From Octopus vulgaris (lineage: Eukaryota): DNA of 64,000 nucleotides. Shown here piece after piece: positions 1 through 14,095 of this stretch (its first letter is position 1; every line of letters begins with the position of its first letter). The notes beneath the pieces are model-generated. The model saw only the letters and a program-made list of their open reading frames with translations. It did not search any database and was not told the DNA's origin. Both the position numbers and the translations under genes were made by a program. The DNA lies in NCBI GenBank assembly GCA_951406725.2, contig OX597830.1:47492001-47556000 (forward strand), read 5' to 3'.

Positions 1-576
1 TGTGCCAGCACTGGAGAAGGAATGTGTTGAATTTTTGAAAGGTAACCTCTCCAGTGACAATGCCTTTTTGTTGCTCAGCCAAGCGAGACTGTTTGATGAG
101 TCACATTTAGCTTCACTCTGTCTGGAAACTATAGACAAAAACACTTCGGAGGCCCTCGCGGCTGAAGGCTTCACAGATATAGATCTCGACACAATGGCCG
201 TAGTTCTTGAAAGGGACTCTTTAGGAATCCGTGAATGCAAGCTGTTCACGGCGGTTTGTCGTTGGGCCGAAGCCGAATGTATTCGACAAAATCTGACAGT
301 TACGCCAGCTAACCAAAGGAAGGTTCTTGGTAAGGCACTTCACCTTATCAGATTCCCACTGATGTCCGTTGAGGAGTTTGCTAGGGATTCTGCTCAATCT
401 GGTATCCTTTTAGATAGAGAAGTTGTAGATCTTTTCCTATACTTTATCAGTTCGAAACCGACATCCAGCTTTTCAGATGTGCCCCGTTGCAGTTTGACTG
501 GCAAAGAACAAGTGATATCACGTTTCTGTCAAATTGAGAGCCGATGGGGTTACAGCGGCACAAGCGATAGAATCAG
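1..576 (+). CDS. BTBD2: BTB/POZ-BACK-PHR protein (BTBD1/2 family): internal exon, starts before the window; BACK domain and start of PHR domain
   Basis: Frame from nt 2 reads ...[10 protein letters not shown]...[25 protein letters not shown]...[13 protein letters not shown]...[12 protein letters not shown], the BTBD1/2 signature. GT donor at 577 (AATCAG|GTCAGT), phase 2. Confidence 0.93.
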
Positions 577-849
577 GTCAGTAACATTTTTGTCTTTTAA
601 AAACATCAATCGATTCTACACACATTGCTCCAATATCATTCATTATTTTACGTTGTTGACATTATTTACACACACACACATATATATATACACTAACTTT
701 AACATGGGAAATATTCTTTATTAAACATTTATTTAGGAACCTTATAACGACTCCCTCATGGAAAAACATTTTCCCTAATTTTCGAAACTTGAGAAACTAA
801 AATGGACTAATTAGATTTCTATGAAAATAATCGAGTTAAACACCAAAGT

Positions 850-861
850 AGAAATGCCATC

Positions 862-911
<50 letters not shown>

Positions 912-918
912 GATGGCA

Positions 919-923
<5 letters not shown>
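850..923. repeat. Perfect palindrome centred on (TA)n
   Basis: AGAAATGCCATCGAA-(TA)n-TTCGATGGCATTTCT. Confidence 0.85.
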
Positions 924-954
<31 letters not shown>

Positions 955-2049
955 ACATTAGTTTAAAATCACGAAAAAACAACAACAAAAAAATCTGATT
1001 CCTCATGGAATTAAATAATAGCGAAGACTTTTGCTACAACTTTTTAGAATTTATTCTTCACCATTTCTCGTTCTGAGTTTTTGTTTTAAAATAAAATAAT
1101 TTTAATAAAGCTGTTTTGATTAATACAATTAAAAGATGAGTTCTCACTTAAAAATATGTGACTTAAAACTTAGTTTGGATGGCGATCACAGATGTATGTA
1201 GTACATTCTATATTTTCCCTTTTAAGAACTAAATAATTTGGCTAATCAATCACTTTTATAATCGATGTCTGTCTGCTTCCATCAGCAAACGTAAGAAAGA
1301 GAAATTGATTTTCTTCGACCTTTTGTTTGTTTTTTTTCTGTTGAAGAATTTATAATAAAAACAAGGAACACTTTCTGGAAACATTCTTTGTCTGTTTCTC
1401 TCCCTGCGACTTCTTTTCAAATCACCACACCCTCTTAAAATGGGATTTATTTCCATTCCATCTTCGTTGGCACTGATAATGAATCTGGTCGAATTAATAG
1501 CGAAGCTGATAACTAAAAATAACATTCTTGATAATGTTGCAGACATTTAGCATAGATACAGTTCTGTTAACGGTTTGTGATAAACGAAAACCAATATTTC
1601 GATGCTTATTTACGACTGAATCAGTTTCATACACTTCACTAACAAATTTGCCATCGAAATTCGCCTTTGTTTTTAAATATAAATAAGAGCAGAGACTGCT
1701 GCTAAGTGGGTTCCTTGTATAAATATATAATTTACAGTCCTCGGACGTTTTTCTTTTTTCCTTTTTTTTTTACGTATGCTGACCACTGGTTAAAAATTGG
1801 TATTATTTAATTTCTTTGTTTTGCCAATAAAACGACCAAGTTTCTTTTTTCTTTTCGTTTTCTCCCCCCCCTTTCCTTCTTTCCACTGAAATATTTTCAA
1901 TATTTTGTTTGTTTGTGAATTGGAAGACTCAACCGATTGGTGGCGGCCAAAATGCGTTTCCCTATTTAGCTTTGTCTTCTTAACACTCTTGAGATGGGAT
2001 CCTACCTAGGTAGACTTTGCCTTTCCCACCTCACCATGATCGTCTGTAC

Positions 2050-2293
2050 CAGGGATTCTCAACGCCTCCCCACTTTTTTTTTTTTTTTTTAAATCTACGG
2101 ACCTCTTTGATTCTTAATTTACTCTACTGGACCCTTGGGAGGAATTCAGTGTTTAAAAAATCCGTTTATATTTTTATAATTAAATATTATAAGGTACTGT
2201 ATAAAAAAAATTTTTAAATATTGTAAAAGTGTTGCCAATTTATTGCGGATAAATTTTAGCCCCAAAATATGTGAACCCAGTTAAGAACCACGA
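2050..2293. mobile_element. hAT-type MITE (degenerate)
   Basis: CAGGGATTCTCAAC ... GTTAAGAACCACG termini; 8-bp flanks GTCTGTAC / GTCTGTAT. Confidence 0.6.
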
Positions 2294-3390
2294 GTCTGTA
2301 TCCAAGATTTGAGCCCTTGTGATTATGCTAGGAATTAATATTTTTGGTCCTTTAGTTCTATTCACTTCGGATTTTTTGCCCGTATTCTAAATAAGGAACC
2401 CCCCCCCCCACAAAATTATTAACTGAGTTCTAACCAATTTTTAAACATTCCATAATAAATTGTATTTATATTTTATTGACTTATTACTGCACCTGTTTTT
2501 TAGTGATTAAAGGTAAAAATCAGACTGTTGGGTCTTTGTTTTGAAAATTTTGTTTCAGAGCCAAAAGTCTTTGATTCCTAATTTGGCCAATGTTGCTTTT
2601 AATCTTGTTGACCACCTCCCCACCTGACCTTTTAAAAAAAATTGCCTTTGGCTTTTTACTTTTTAATATGAAAAGTGTTAGCTTTCAATGCATTCAGATG
2701 TTTTGAGGGCTTTTTTTGCCCCTCTGTTTCTTCATTCTATTACATCAGTCTTCATCAGACTCCAGCAGTGCCCCTATTAAAAAACTCACTGGTTTCGAGG
2801 GAAATCTGACAAAAAACGAAATAAAATCATTTGGCACCAGATGAAGACATTTGAATTGTTTCCAACTTCCATGTACTTGGTTGGTGAGGACAATGGAAGC
2901 TGGCAAGTGAAGCTTTGTTTATGAGTTCTACATCCCCATGTATAACAAATATGTTTGTGATAAGCAAGACCTTGTCTTTAAGGCAGCCTCTTTCATTTCA
3001 TGAACCAGTTAGACTGCTTCTCATAAAATATATTTTGTAAATAATTCAGAGGATCAGCTCCATCAGTGTTTTCGCATCCCATTTTCCCATGCTTGCATGA
3101 GTCTGACAGAACTTGCTGAGGCAGATGCTCTTTCTGTCACTCACTCTTCCTTGTTATCAATCCTTTTAAACACCAGCAGCTCAATGACTGGCTGCGTTCA
3201 TGCAAAAGATTCCAAAGGTGTGACACTGTTTGTATAACTGGAATGTTTGTTTACACTTAGTGTACAATGCCAAGACAAGGGAGGCATGAACACATACGAG
3301 TGTGTGTGTGTGTGTGTAAGTGTATGGGTCTATATATATGTTTATATACATACACTCACATTCGTTTTTTCATACCAGCATGGGTTAGGT

Positions 3391-3634
3391 CAGTGGTTCT
3401 CAATTGGGGTCCATATAAGATTTTGCTGTTAAAAATTTGTGCAGTAAATTAGTCATACTTCTGCAATATACGAAATAATTTAACAATTTTTTTTCATATA
3501 ATTCCTAATGATTTTTAATTATAAACATCTAATTGAACTTTTTTAAACCTCAGATGGTTATGAGGGTCCAGTTGAGTAAAACATTAATCAAAGGGGTTCA
3601 TAGGTTAAAAAAAAAAAAAAATTTAGAATTGCTG
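3391..3634. mobile_element. hAT (Charlie-like) MITE
   Basis: CAGTGGTTCTCAA start, degenerate TTTAGAATTGCTG end, internal GGGGTCCA motifs shared with 7579-7921. Confidence 0.6.
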
Positions 3635-4450
3635 GGTTTGATCAATTTATTATTGGAGCATTGTATTACAGCCAGGTGCTCTTCCTGTAGCTAACTTTAA
3701 CCCGCCTTTCAAGTAAAGGATCTCTGATGGCACAAAGCCAGTGGACAACTCGGCAGCAGAAAATGGCATCACCACTTGAAGCTCAGAGATTTTTGGAGAG
3801 CTGCAAATGTAAGTGCATGCACACACACACACAGAGGCTTCTTCCAGTTTCTGTCTATGAAATCCACTTATAAGACTTTGGAGTCAGATTGGTGCTTGTA
3901 GTAGAAGGCATTGCACTGTGAGATTGAACCCAAAACTATGTGCTTTGGAAGCAAATATCTTGACTACATAACAAGCTGTATACAACCTTAATTGCTAACA
4001 AATGTAGATTTCTATTTCTCTGGAGCATCCTTCTTTATTTTAAAAGCATCATCCTCTTCTCACCCTGTTCTTTTCCACTTTTAGCTAATTCTTGGATCTT
4101 GTTTTGATTCTCAGTTGCAGCTTTGTCGTCCACTCATCTTTAAGTTTCTGGCTTTGTGAAATAAACCCTTACTCCTGACAGAGCAAGGGTAAACATGGAA
4201 ACTTTAACTTACATCTTAAGAAGAATTCTTCAGAAAATGAATTGTTGAAATATGTTGAGTCTTTGTGCCAAGAAACCAATATAAAAGGCCTTTTCTTTTT
4301 CTGGGTCGCTTGCAATGCCATCTCTCTCTCTCTCTCTCTCTCTCAAGGATTTGCTTCGTATTCTCTTTTTTTTTTTTTTTCTATCTCATAAAACCTTGCA
4401 ACTGATCATTATTCGGTCAGCACATTTTTCATATGATGTCCATTTTCCAG

Positions 4451-4538
4451 GTTTATGGTGAACCGAAGAATTTTTGTTGTTGGGTTTGGCCTCTATGGGA
4501 GTATACATGGCCCCACGGATTATTTAGTCAACATTGAA
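4451..4538 (+). CDS. BTBD2: BTBD1/2-family exon (PHR domain)
   Basis: TTTTCCAG|G acceptor completes the AGG codon, then [29 protein letters not shown], donor GTAAG at 4539. Not present in the ORF track. Confidence 0.93.
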
Positions 4539-5669
4539 GTAAGATTTTTTTGACTCTTCTAAATTTTTCTTTCATTTTATGTTTTTATATAATCTTAATT
4601 CAGCCTCTGTTTTTCAGCCTGGTATGGGTTGGACAGTTTGACAAGTGTTGGCAAAGCCAGGGGCCACTCCAGGTTCTTTTGTTTTAGCTTGGTTTCTACA
4701 GCTAGCTGCCCTTCCTAACACCAACCATTTTATAGGTAGTAGTGAGTGCTTTTTTGTGACACTAGCACCAGCTCCAGTGCGTTTTTTTGTGTGTTAGGGG
4801 CTGAAATGTGAGTGGCAGGGAGAAAGTTGATGGAGCAGAGTCATTCATGGACAAGCATTTACGTGACTGATCAGACCATTGGATGTTGTTATACATCACT
4901 GGTCTCAATGCACTTTGCATTGTTTTGACTTTTGATTGATGCTACCCCACAGTTACCTAAAATTATAGATGTGTGGTTCTAGGTAAAGTATTTCAGGAAT
5001 GGAGTAAAGATTGTTTGCCAACATAACATGGCAGTCCTGGTTTAGGATGAATGTTGCTGTAATTTAGCCCCAGGAGACATCGTTTCCAGCTGGCTACATG
5101 ACACAATCTGTGTCCTTATATTTTTGAATGAGGGCATCTAGCACCCCCACTCTCCAGCTGGAGACGATGTCTCCTGGGGCTAAATTTCAGCAACATTCTT
5201 GGCTTCTGAATGTAGAAGGCTTTTTTTTGTTCCAACATTGGTTGCTCTTCTTCAAACAAATATGGCCTTCATGCATCCTGCTGGCTGCCCTGGCAGTCTT
5301 CTCTCTATAAATATAATAATAATTTTTCTTTGACTTGTATTTTACCTTTTTCTGTACAGTCCCCTAAAAAAATCCAGCTTATGGATCTGACTGATATTAA
5401 AAAGGCTGAGAGCCACTTGTTTAGGGAGTCATACTGAGAAAAACCAGTTTTATTGTGTTGGTATCACAGTAATCCTCTTCATTTCTGGTTTAATTTGAAT
5501 TGGGGGTGGGGTATGGATTAATGGTTATTAATCAGTGCCTAACAAAAAGACAAATTTAAACTATAAATTTACATAAGTTTTTGAAGAATCTGACTTCTTT
5601 TATAATACTTCACTTATTTGTGACTTGTAGTGATTATTTTTGTATTTTTTTCTTTTTTTTTTTGTAAAG

Positions 5670-5816
5670 TTACTTCATGCCGACACAGGTAAAGTTCTGG
5701 GCCAAAATAACGGCACTTTCCACTGTGATGGCTCTACTTCAACCTTCAGAGTCTTATTTAAGAAACCACTGGAAGTGTTACCAAATGTCAATTATACAGC
5801 ATGCACCACTTTAAAA
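5670..5816 (+). CDS. BTBD2: BTBD1/2-family exon (PHR domain)
   Basis: Polypyrimidine tract plus AAG acceptor; LLHADTGKVLGQNNGTFHCDGSTSTFRVLFKKPLEVLPNVNYTACTTLK (49 codons); donor GTAAG at 5817. Confidence 0.93.
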
Positions 5817-6499
5817 GTAAGAAGAAAATCTTTCTTTTTCTCCTTTCTCATTATTAACTCTTCTTTGTAGCTGACACTGTAATGGGAGAATCCATTCTAG
5901 CAGAACGGGCCAATAGCTGGTTCCTGATATTCTTTTTTCAGAACGATATTAGTGTCTAAATGCCCTTTTCTTCACCTATAACAGTTCGACTCCCTATCTT
6001 GAAGCAAACAATGTATTTGAGAATGGTAATGTCGTTTTTGCTCCCAAAATCTGACACGGAATTTAATAGCTGAGGGAAGCAGTAAAAATGGTCATGTTTA
6101 TAGGAATTAAAGATATCTGTTTCATGGAAGATATTCTGAAGCAGTTTGGTCAACCATTGAGCTATTGATTCTTTACAAAAAGGATTATACTGGGTGGTCA
6201 TCTGGATTTGTGGTTTTGAAAGCAACTCTAATTCTCAGCAGAAGGTTTTAATGTCACAAGACAGGCAAAGCTATTTAGTTTAAATATTTCAATTCATGGA
6301 ATATTTCAACTAAATATCAGCAGTGCATGCCTCCCGTTTTGTCTTACCGTCTGTGATTACTTTGAAAAGGAAGCATTCTGCTGGAGATAAACCATTTCTG
6401 ATGAAAACATTTTTGGAACCTTCTTTATTGTAATGGTCTGTCTCTTCTGCTGGAATGGATTCTGTTCTTTAAAATATATAACAAAGAAACAATTCTTAA

Positions 6500-6721
6500 C
6501 CCTTTTGATACCAACCTGGCTGAAACCGGCTCTGGCTCTGTAGTACAAATGTCTTGTTTTGATAAGTTTTGAATTAAAATCTTCCACTGAACCTTAGTCA
6601 CAATTTATGTTCCTAACATTAGCTGAATGATAACTAAGTTATTTTACTAAATTCTTTGTTATACTCAAAATTAATTTAAAGAAACAGAGAGCATCTCAAT
6701 AGAAATACAGTATCAAAAGGG
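6500..6721. mobile_element. piggyBac-type MITE
   Basis: TTAA|CCCTTTTGATAC ... GTATCAAAAGGG|TTAA: terminal inverted repeats with TTAA target duplication. Confidence 0.85.
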
Positions 6722-7578
6722 TTAAAGATCTTTGCTTACATCATTTGCTGACCTTCATTCCATTAACTACAGTTTTGTAAATCTATCGACTCTCATCTAA
6801 GACTGACCGATCTTCATTACCAGCTACTTCTGAACTTAAATATTCTTGTACGTATTACTTCTTTTGAAGCCAGGAATTCCTCTGTGAAGTACAATCTTCC
6901 TCATTCCTCATGATTTACTCTTCTCATGCCAATTTTGTCAAGCTGGCATTAGTCTGCATATTGCCATTCCACGTGGCCTTTCATCATCTTAACCAGAGTG
7001 GGCAGCTTTAGTCTTAAACATCTTATCCCTCTCCTAAGTCTCCTTCTGTGTTTGCCCTCTACTCCTTAATCTTTCATCCATTTACATCATTCAGTTTACA
7101 TCCTAATTGCAGGTATCTTTTAAAACTTGTGTTCTTCTTCTTCTTTACTCTCAGACCAGGCTCATCTAATCTCTCTCCATCCTTCCCAGGTCTTAAAATC
7201 AGTGCCTATGTCTCACTTCAGTGCAATATCACTCTTTCTTTTATCATACGGTTTGCCTCGACCTGGAGAGAAATCTCTTATTACCAAGTGTGAACTTTTA
7301 CCCTTCTTCCATCAACAGTCATTAAATCCTTTTGCTGGACTTCTTGAGCTCAACAAGTTTCACCTACTGTTCATGTGCAGTGGTCCTCTACATCTTACAC
7401 TTGAAGTTTCTGTTCTGTGAGTCTGTCAGAGATGCCACTCAGTCTTATATGTATCAATTAGTTGCGCTCTATAACACCAGGTTTCTCTATATTTCCTGCC
7501 TCCATATTAAGCAAAGCCGTTTCTTAGATGGCATTGGAGTATTTGGTTCACTTTGATCTTTGCCCTGTTAGTTTAGCC

Positions 7579-7921
7579 CAGTGGTTCATAACTGGGGTCC
7601 ATTTGGCCCCTGACGGTCCATATCAGATTTTGGGGTCAATGCAATAAAATATGGTAAATCAAGTATCCACAATTGTATTTTAAGGGCCCCTGGAAAAAAA
7701 TTTTCTTTAGATGTATGTATTGCAAGAAACAGCTGGGATTCTTTCTCTAACATTTAACATTGTTCAACCTACACAAGTTGATGAGAGAAAAACGAAATAG
7801 GAATTTTGAAAGAATTTTCTATAAAACTAGTTTTTAAACTTCAAATGGCTATGGGGGTCCACCAGAATAAAATAGTAATCAAAGGGGTCCATGGATAAAA
7901 AAAAGTGGTTGAGAACACCTG
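7579..7921. mobile_element. hAT (Charlie-like) MITE
   Basis: CAGTGGTTCATAAC ... GTTGAGAACACCTG; 8-bp TA-centred flanks GTTTAGCC / GTCTAGCT. Confidence 0.7.
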
Positions 7922-8755
7922 GTCTAGCTGTGTTTTAAGGTTTGAACTCTTCAGTAGATTCTGCTGGGAGTAATAACTGAGCAAGTGAAGCCCTGTTACG
8001 TTTTCCATTCATTCAATCCATACTGAACACTTGCCTTGCAAAACAGTGCTTCTGTACTTGGTTCAGCCAGTTTGCTCAGGCCACTCACCTACTGTTAGGT
8101 CATCAGTCTACAAAATGGGACCCTATGAAGGGGCTTCTCTAGAGTAACAAATAGGAAATGTTTTGTTCTTCTCTAAAATACTTTGGTTTCACTTGTTTCC
8201 TTTAGAAAGATGAGATCCATTTTGAATTCCAGTGTTTCCCTGCTTTTTAATAAATTTTCCTTCAGATGAAGGAATAGAAAGTTACATAAAAGCCGACCTG
8301 ATGTCTAGTTTAATTGCAATCCTGGTTCTGTCTGCAAGTCTTATTTGAAAGGAATGGTTTACACATAACTGCTGTAATATCAAGATACACTCATCACAAG
8401 AGATTCTTAGATTCTCTTTTTCTTTCAATGTTTTTTGATTATTTTTTATTGGATTGTGAATTTGTGAAGATTGACAAAATGTATATACACATCTAAACTC
8501 TCAGATGTTCTAACAAAACTTATAAACCATTTTTATAATTACAGATTTTTACATGTATCTAAGTGTTACTCTACAAACTATATTTGCTGTACAAATTTCA
8601 CTTAATTTTATAAGATAACTAACTTTACATTCCTACTTGAAATCTAGAATTATGTAATAAATCTCTGAAATTCTAATATTTTATTACCTGTAAAAAAGAC
8701 ATTTTTTGTTTTAAAAAAAAAAAAAGACACCTTTGTTTGTTTTTTCTTTTAATAG

Positions 8756-8914
8756 GGTCCTGATTCTTATTATGGCTCCCGAGGTCTGCGCCGAGTAACT
8801 CACGAAACTGTTTCAAGTGGCAAAGTTACTTTTCAGTTCACCTATGCAACTGGCAATAACAATGGCACATCTATAGAAGACGGTCAGATTCCAGAGATTA
8901 TATTTTACACATAG
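8756..8914 (+). CDS. BTBD2: BTBD1/2-family terminal coding exon
   Basis: TTTTAATAG acceptor; [52 protein letters not shown], the conserved BTBD1/2 C-terminus; TAG at 8912-8914. Confidence 0.94.
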   Translation, partial: GPDSYYGSRGLRRVTHETVSSGKVTFQFTYATGNNNGTSIEDGQIPEIIFYT

Positions 8915-9589
8915 TCCAAATGATTCCTTCCTTTTTCTTACCTCCCTAAAAATATCAGAAGAATTTTTTCCCCCAATCCAACTGCCTAATTCCTAGTCTT
9001 CTGATTTCTTTGGAATCAAAATCCAATTTACTGCTGCTATCCCTTTTGTATGAACCAACAGTTTCCTGTTCCCAGATGAATTGAAACTTTCATCTTTGGA
9101 GGACAGCTTCAAAGTATTATCCTGTCTATTGAGCACACGACTCATTGACTCAATCCTGAGCCAGTATTAATTTGTGATGATAAAGAACAACAATCTCTTG
9201 CGTATACTGAAGAAATCTCCTCTCATCCCAGCCTCTATATCTTTTTGATACATTTTAATCTAATTCCATGTAACTCTCACAACTAGGTACCAGCACAACA
9301 ATTAGTGTTCACATAAAATAGACAATCAATGCCCAGACTCTGCCATGGACTGTTTATAAAGTGCCTGCATTCATTAGATCTGTCTCCATAAGCCTGACAA
9401 TTTCTTGTTGCCATTTCCCCCTAATGTAAGTTGAAATTTTAGAACTTGCAGTTGCATGTCTGATTATTAAATTCCTTGTTGGGATTGAGATAACTTGAAT
9501 TTTAAATCAAAGGAAGAAGTCATTGAATAGAAATATTTTCAAAAAATTTTCCTTAAACACACACACACACACACACAGCAAATGGACGC

Positions 9590-9620
<31 letters not shown>

Positions 9621-12600
9621 CCATTGAACAAAATTGCTGTATTTCTTAAATAGCTTGCTGATAAAAGTTATCTATCAAAATGGAACCAGAACGAGAAGGC
9701 AGTGCCAAATTCTTGGTTCCTTCCTTTTGTTATTGGGCTGTTTTTGCCTAATCTTTCAAGAGCTGTATTTTATACTTTGCTTTAAACCAGTGTCTGGATT
9801 CTTTTGTGATATCAAACCATTCTGTCCCTGCTGGCCAGTGGAATTTGGGCTCATAATGGGGTTTCTTTTTTTGTTTTCTCATCTAGTCTGTATCTTTTCT
9901 GTAATTCACTTGAGTCAGAATTCATGTACATTTTTCTTTGAGGAGTAGCTATTATGAAGCAAAAAATTTGAAACCTGTAATAATATCTGTATATATAATC
10001 TATTTTCCCAAATAGAGTAGTTTTGGAGTTAGTTACCAATATTGTGAAGCATGAAATTGCAAGTGTTCGTTTTGGAATGTCCTTAATTGTAGAGTAAGAT
10101 TTCTTGTAATATTCTCCTGGTTAACTGCCAATTCTTATGTGAAACCAATTAATTACCCCTCCCCCTTTTTTTTTATTAAGGCAGATCTTTGGAGATATGT
10201 TTGTGTTTTATATTATTGTAATTGAACCATTTGTTGTGTTGTAGATTCTGAGTTCCATGGAAATTGACTTAGTTGAGGTTTTACTGTAAGTATTTAGAAA
10301 AACATAGTTCTTAGCAAGTATAAATGGTGTGGAACCAGATGTCTGTGATGCACTAAAATTGTTTGACTTAGAGAAAGGATATCATCTCACCATTTTGATA
10401 TTTCAACTAATCTTTCTTTTGAACAGTGAGAGAAACATTTAAAAATATTTTTAACTTTTAGTTTTTCTTTTAAATTTCAAGAGAAAGAAAATCTGATCAA
10501 ATTCTAGATGTCCCTGAAAGTTGAGGCTTCATTAAAGGCCTGCCGCAATGGGAAAAACAAGAATAGGGTTGTGTGTTGATATCTTTTTTCTAGTTTCTTT
10601 TAAAGAATGGGGCTTGGATAATTTCTACTTCAACTAGGGCCAAGGAATAATTAAACGAGATTTTTATTCTCTTGATATTCAAGGTTCTTACTGTTCCATT
10701 CTTTCAGGAACATTTGTTTCATATTGTTCTGTCATATTTCATAGATTGCATTTTATTTTTTTATATAAATATATCTGGCAACAAAAAGCTGATACTTTGT
10801 AAATTAGTAAATTGTTATCGATTTAAATTCTAACCTTGTATGGTTTTAGTATTTCCGTGTGTTCCGCCATGCTCTGTGCCAAAATGAAGTTAAAGAAAAA
10901 CATTTTTTCCGTCCAACTGGATAAGAACACAAATTACCCCCCCCCCTTTTTTTTTTGTCTCAGTTCATTTAATGGTGATACTTTTATATTTTTATTATTT
11001 TCCAGACATATTCACTTTTAATATTTCACTGTTTTGTTGATGTTAGTCAAGCAACCCACAGGTGTCTCTCTCTCTCTCTTGTGAAAAAAACAATTTACTT
11101 TGCTTCGTTTTGGAATTCAAATCTAAACATTGATATTTACCAGTAAATAAAGTGAAGCTTTTCAATGCAGATTTGAGATCTTCAAATGCTGACATTTAAT
11201 AATTTAGAAGGGTGGGGAGGCCCTTTCGGCTTGCTTCTAACCCTGTCAAACAAAACGGCCAACCTTTAGAACAGTATTTTATGACATGTTTGTGTTTTCT
11301 TATTTTCAAAAGAGTATCAGCTGTGTTCTTTGTAAGATGTGTGTGGAGACTATTTCTTGGATTCACACACTTTCTAAGGAGGTAACTGACTAATGTAGCT
11401 TTACAATGTTACCAGGATGTGGTTGTCAAACTGTTTAGATTTACTATCAGTGTGATGTAGTGTTTCTGGACCCATTGGTCAGAAGTTCAAACCTGACAAC
11501 TGGTATTGCCTTGTTTTTTGGGTTTTTTTTTCATCTACAAGGTATTTACTCAACTTTCTGTATAATAGGTGCCTCTCTAATGCTAGAATTAATAGCAGTA
11601 AGAAGACGTCATTGAAATATTAAGTACATTTTCAATAATTATAGCATCTCAGATTTACAGTTGAGTGGAAGAAAAATATGAAAGTTCGTTGTGGGTGAAA
11701 GATGTTTTATGAATGGTGAAATATCACCAAAAGTGTTTGTAACTAATTTTGTTACTAATGTTATTGTTATTTATTCTACAAACGGAATAATAGAGTAAAA
11801 GATGTTTTAAGCCTTAAGGAACAATTAGCTGAAGCTCTTTAGGATCTCATATTCCAAAGGTGTGCTTGGCTATTTCTGCTGAAGGCCTACATTTGCCTTT
11901 GTCTCTAGATCAACAAAATAAACAAAATACTGGGAATAAATTACAGAAAATTGTAAAAAAGAAAATTAAGTGCCCCTCTCCTGGTCTTGTTTTTTTTTTT
12001 CCCTCCCCCACTTTTTCCTCTTCTCTCCCTGTTAAATATATTCAAGTTTAATGGATTCACTAGTGTCCTTGATGAAGATACCGTCCCTAATCTTGTAAGC
12101 AACCTTACTTGAAATTTAACATTTTTCTGGTAGTCTTTCAGAATATAAAAAAAAATAGTTTTTGAAATGTTCAAATTGAAAATTTTCTAGCCTTTAGGCT
12201 GATTTGAAAAGATTGGCATTAAAAAAAACAACAACTTTTTTTTCTTTCCCGCCAATTTAATCTATACACAGTTTGTTTATTGTATACAGATGTACAACCC
12301 TTTGACAGTTTTATCAATATTTTATTTCATTTCTTAACCTTGATCTGCTTCTTTCTTTTTACTCTTGTATATTTGATCTGCTGATCACAAATATTCTCCA
12401 TTCTTAAGAGATACAACCCTCTGCATGAACCTTGTAATCAGTATTATTCTTAGGGTAAACCTGCAATATCTGGTTTTCTGTGACCTCTCTACTACAGACA
12501 TTTCTTTTTTTTTATGCACAAAAAAAAGTCATCGATTCCAATTATTTATTTTTCCTTTCATGATAAGTTGTACCATAACGTTAAAGAAAACCAAAACCTC

Positions 12601-13080
12601 TCCTGAAATATTGGAGAGCCATACTGCCTGGTAGTTTGTCTGTTCTGTTAGTAAAAGTCCTGAAATCCATATGAGCAGGGAGGGTGTCTTCAGGAAGGCA
12701 GTCTTACCATTCAATGTATACAACAGTATTAAATGTTGCTGTATGAATTTTGTATAATGTACACGCTGCTGAGTATTATTATTATTTTCTTTTTTTGGGT
12801 GTGTTTTACCTGTGTTTCATCCATTTATTTGCTTTCCCAAACTGCAACCATCTCCCTTCCATTGTACTTTCCGTCTCCTTCAAACGGAAACTTATGTGAC
12901 ACTCGTTTAAATGGCATTCATTCTGTATTTTCATTTGCATGTTCATCAACTTAGGTCAGCAGTAATCTCTTTGTTTATAGATTTGGCAACATTTTATGAT
13001 TTAATTTTTGTTGTCTGTGTCTCTCCTCAGTTCAGTGGGAAACATTTTAAATTATTTAAATAAATTTTTAAAAATGCAAT
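8915..13080 (+). other. Probable long 3'UTR of the BTBD gene with candidate poly(A) signals
   Basis: About 4.2 kb of U-rich sequence with no recognisable TE. AATAAA at 11146 and at 13059; the latter is followed by a GT/T-rich tract at 13081, and repeats resume at about 13097. Confidence 0.5.
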
Positions 13081-13864
13081 TTGTTTTGTTTGTTCATTAT
13101 TTACATTTCATTGATATTTGTCCTCATCTTGTTTGTTTCTTTCCAAAGACTTACACGATGGCAAACAGGCACAGTTTTCACAAATAATTGAGCATAATGC
13201 AATTCTCAAATTAAATTAACATGGAAGCTTCCCAAATCATTAGAGAGTCACTTCCAAGTTTCACAATGGAAGCCAAACAGATTTGAAGGTTTTTGTGGGA
13301 CTGTCACCCAACATAAACTCAAAATGAGGAAACCGGTAAATAAGGATTCCTTAGAGATCATAGTCTTCTATTTAACCATTGACCATTTCTGATAGTCTAG
13401 ACACTATTTTTTCCCCTTACCAGTATTAATAGGGGACAGGAGAGATTGGCAATTCTCGTCATCCTGTGCTATTTTGCATTATGGAGCTTATGAACAATTT
13501 CAAGTGTTAGCTCTGCTGTTATTTTTGCTGTAGTTCCAAGACATGATGCATTTCACTATTCTGTGGTCCCTCTTGGTGAGCCTTACCATTCCTGCAGAAT
13601 TATACTTGCCAGAGCTGGTTTTGCTTTGGTTTTAGAATGGCAAAAGGATTTTAGAGAAATCCTGAATTGTATTTTAAAGACAATAGGTACCTTCTTGTTG
13701 AACCATTATGGTGCTATCTCATCTGCAAGTGACTGAAATGAGACAATTGCTGGGATTTAATTCACTACAAGTATGGAATGTTGATTTATTACTGGAAAAG
13801 AATGGTTTGCAAAGGGCTGGATATACTTGCTGATACAGTTCTATATTTAAGGGATGAGGAATTA

Positions 13865-14095
13865 TGTACATTATTTACATTTGACGGATATTTGTCCTCA
13901 TCTTGTTTGTTAACACAATGTTTTGGCTGAAATACCATCCAGCCTTCATCAGGTGTCTTGGGGAAATTTCAAACCTGGGTTCTCATTCCTAAGGTATTTT
14001 TCAATGTTATTATTATTGTTATTATTCAAGTCACTGCCTGGAATCAAACTTGGAATCTTGGGGTTAGTAGCCTGCGCTCTTAACCACGGGCATAT
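13865..14095 (-). mobile_element. tRNA-headed SINE-like element with hammerhead-ribozyme tail (copy 1)
   Basis: Minus strand: GTGGTTAAGAGCGC...GTTTGATTCC tRNA-like head, (AAT)n, then GACAC-CTGATGA-A-GGCTG...CAGCC-AAAAC-ATT-GTGTT at 13957-13912. Confidence 0.75.

Noticed and set aside
577-724. C-terminal extension of ORF 2..724
   Set aside because: Intron read-through past the donor at 577; homology continues at 4451.
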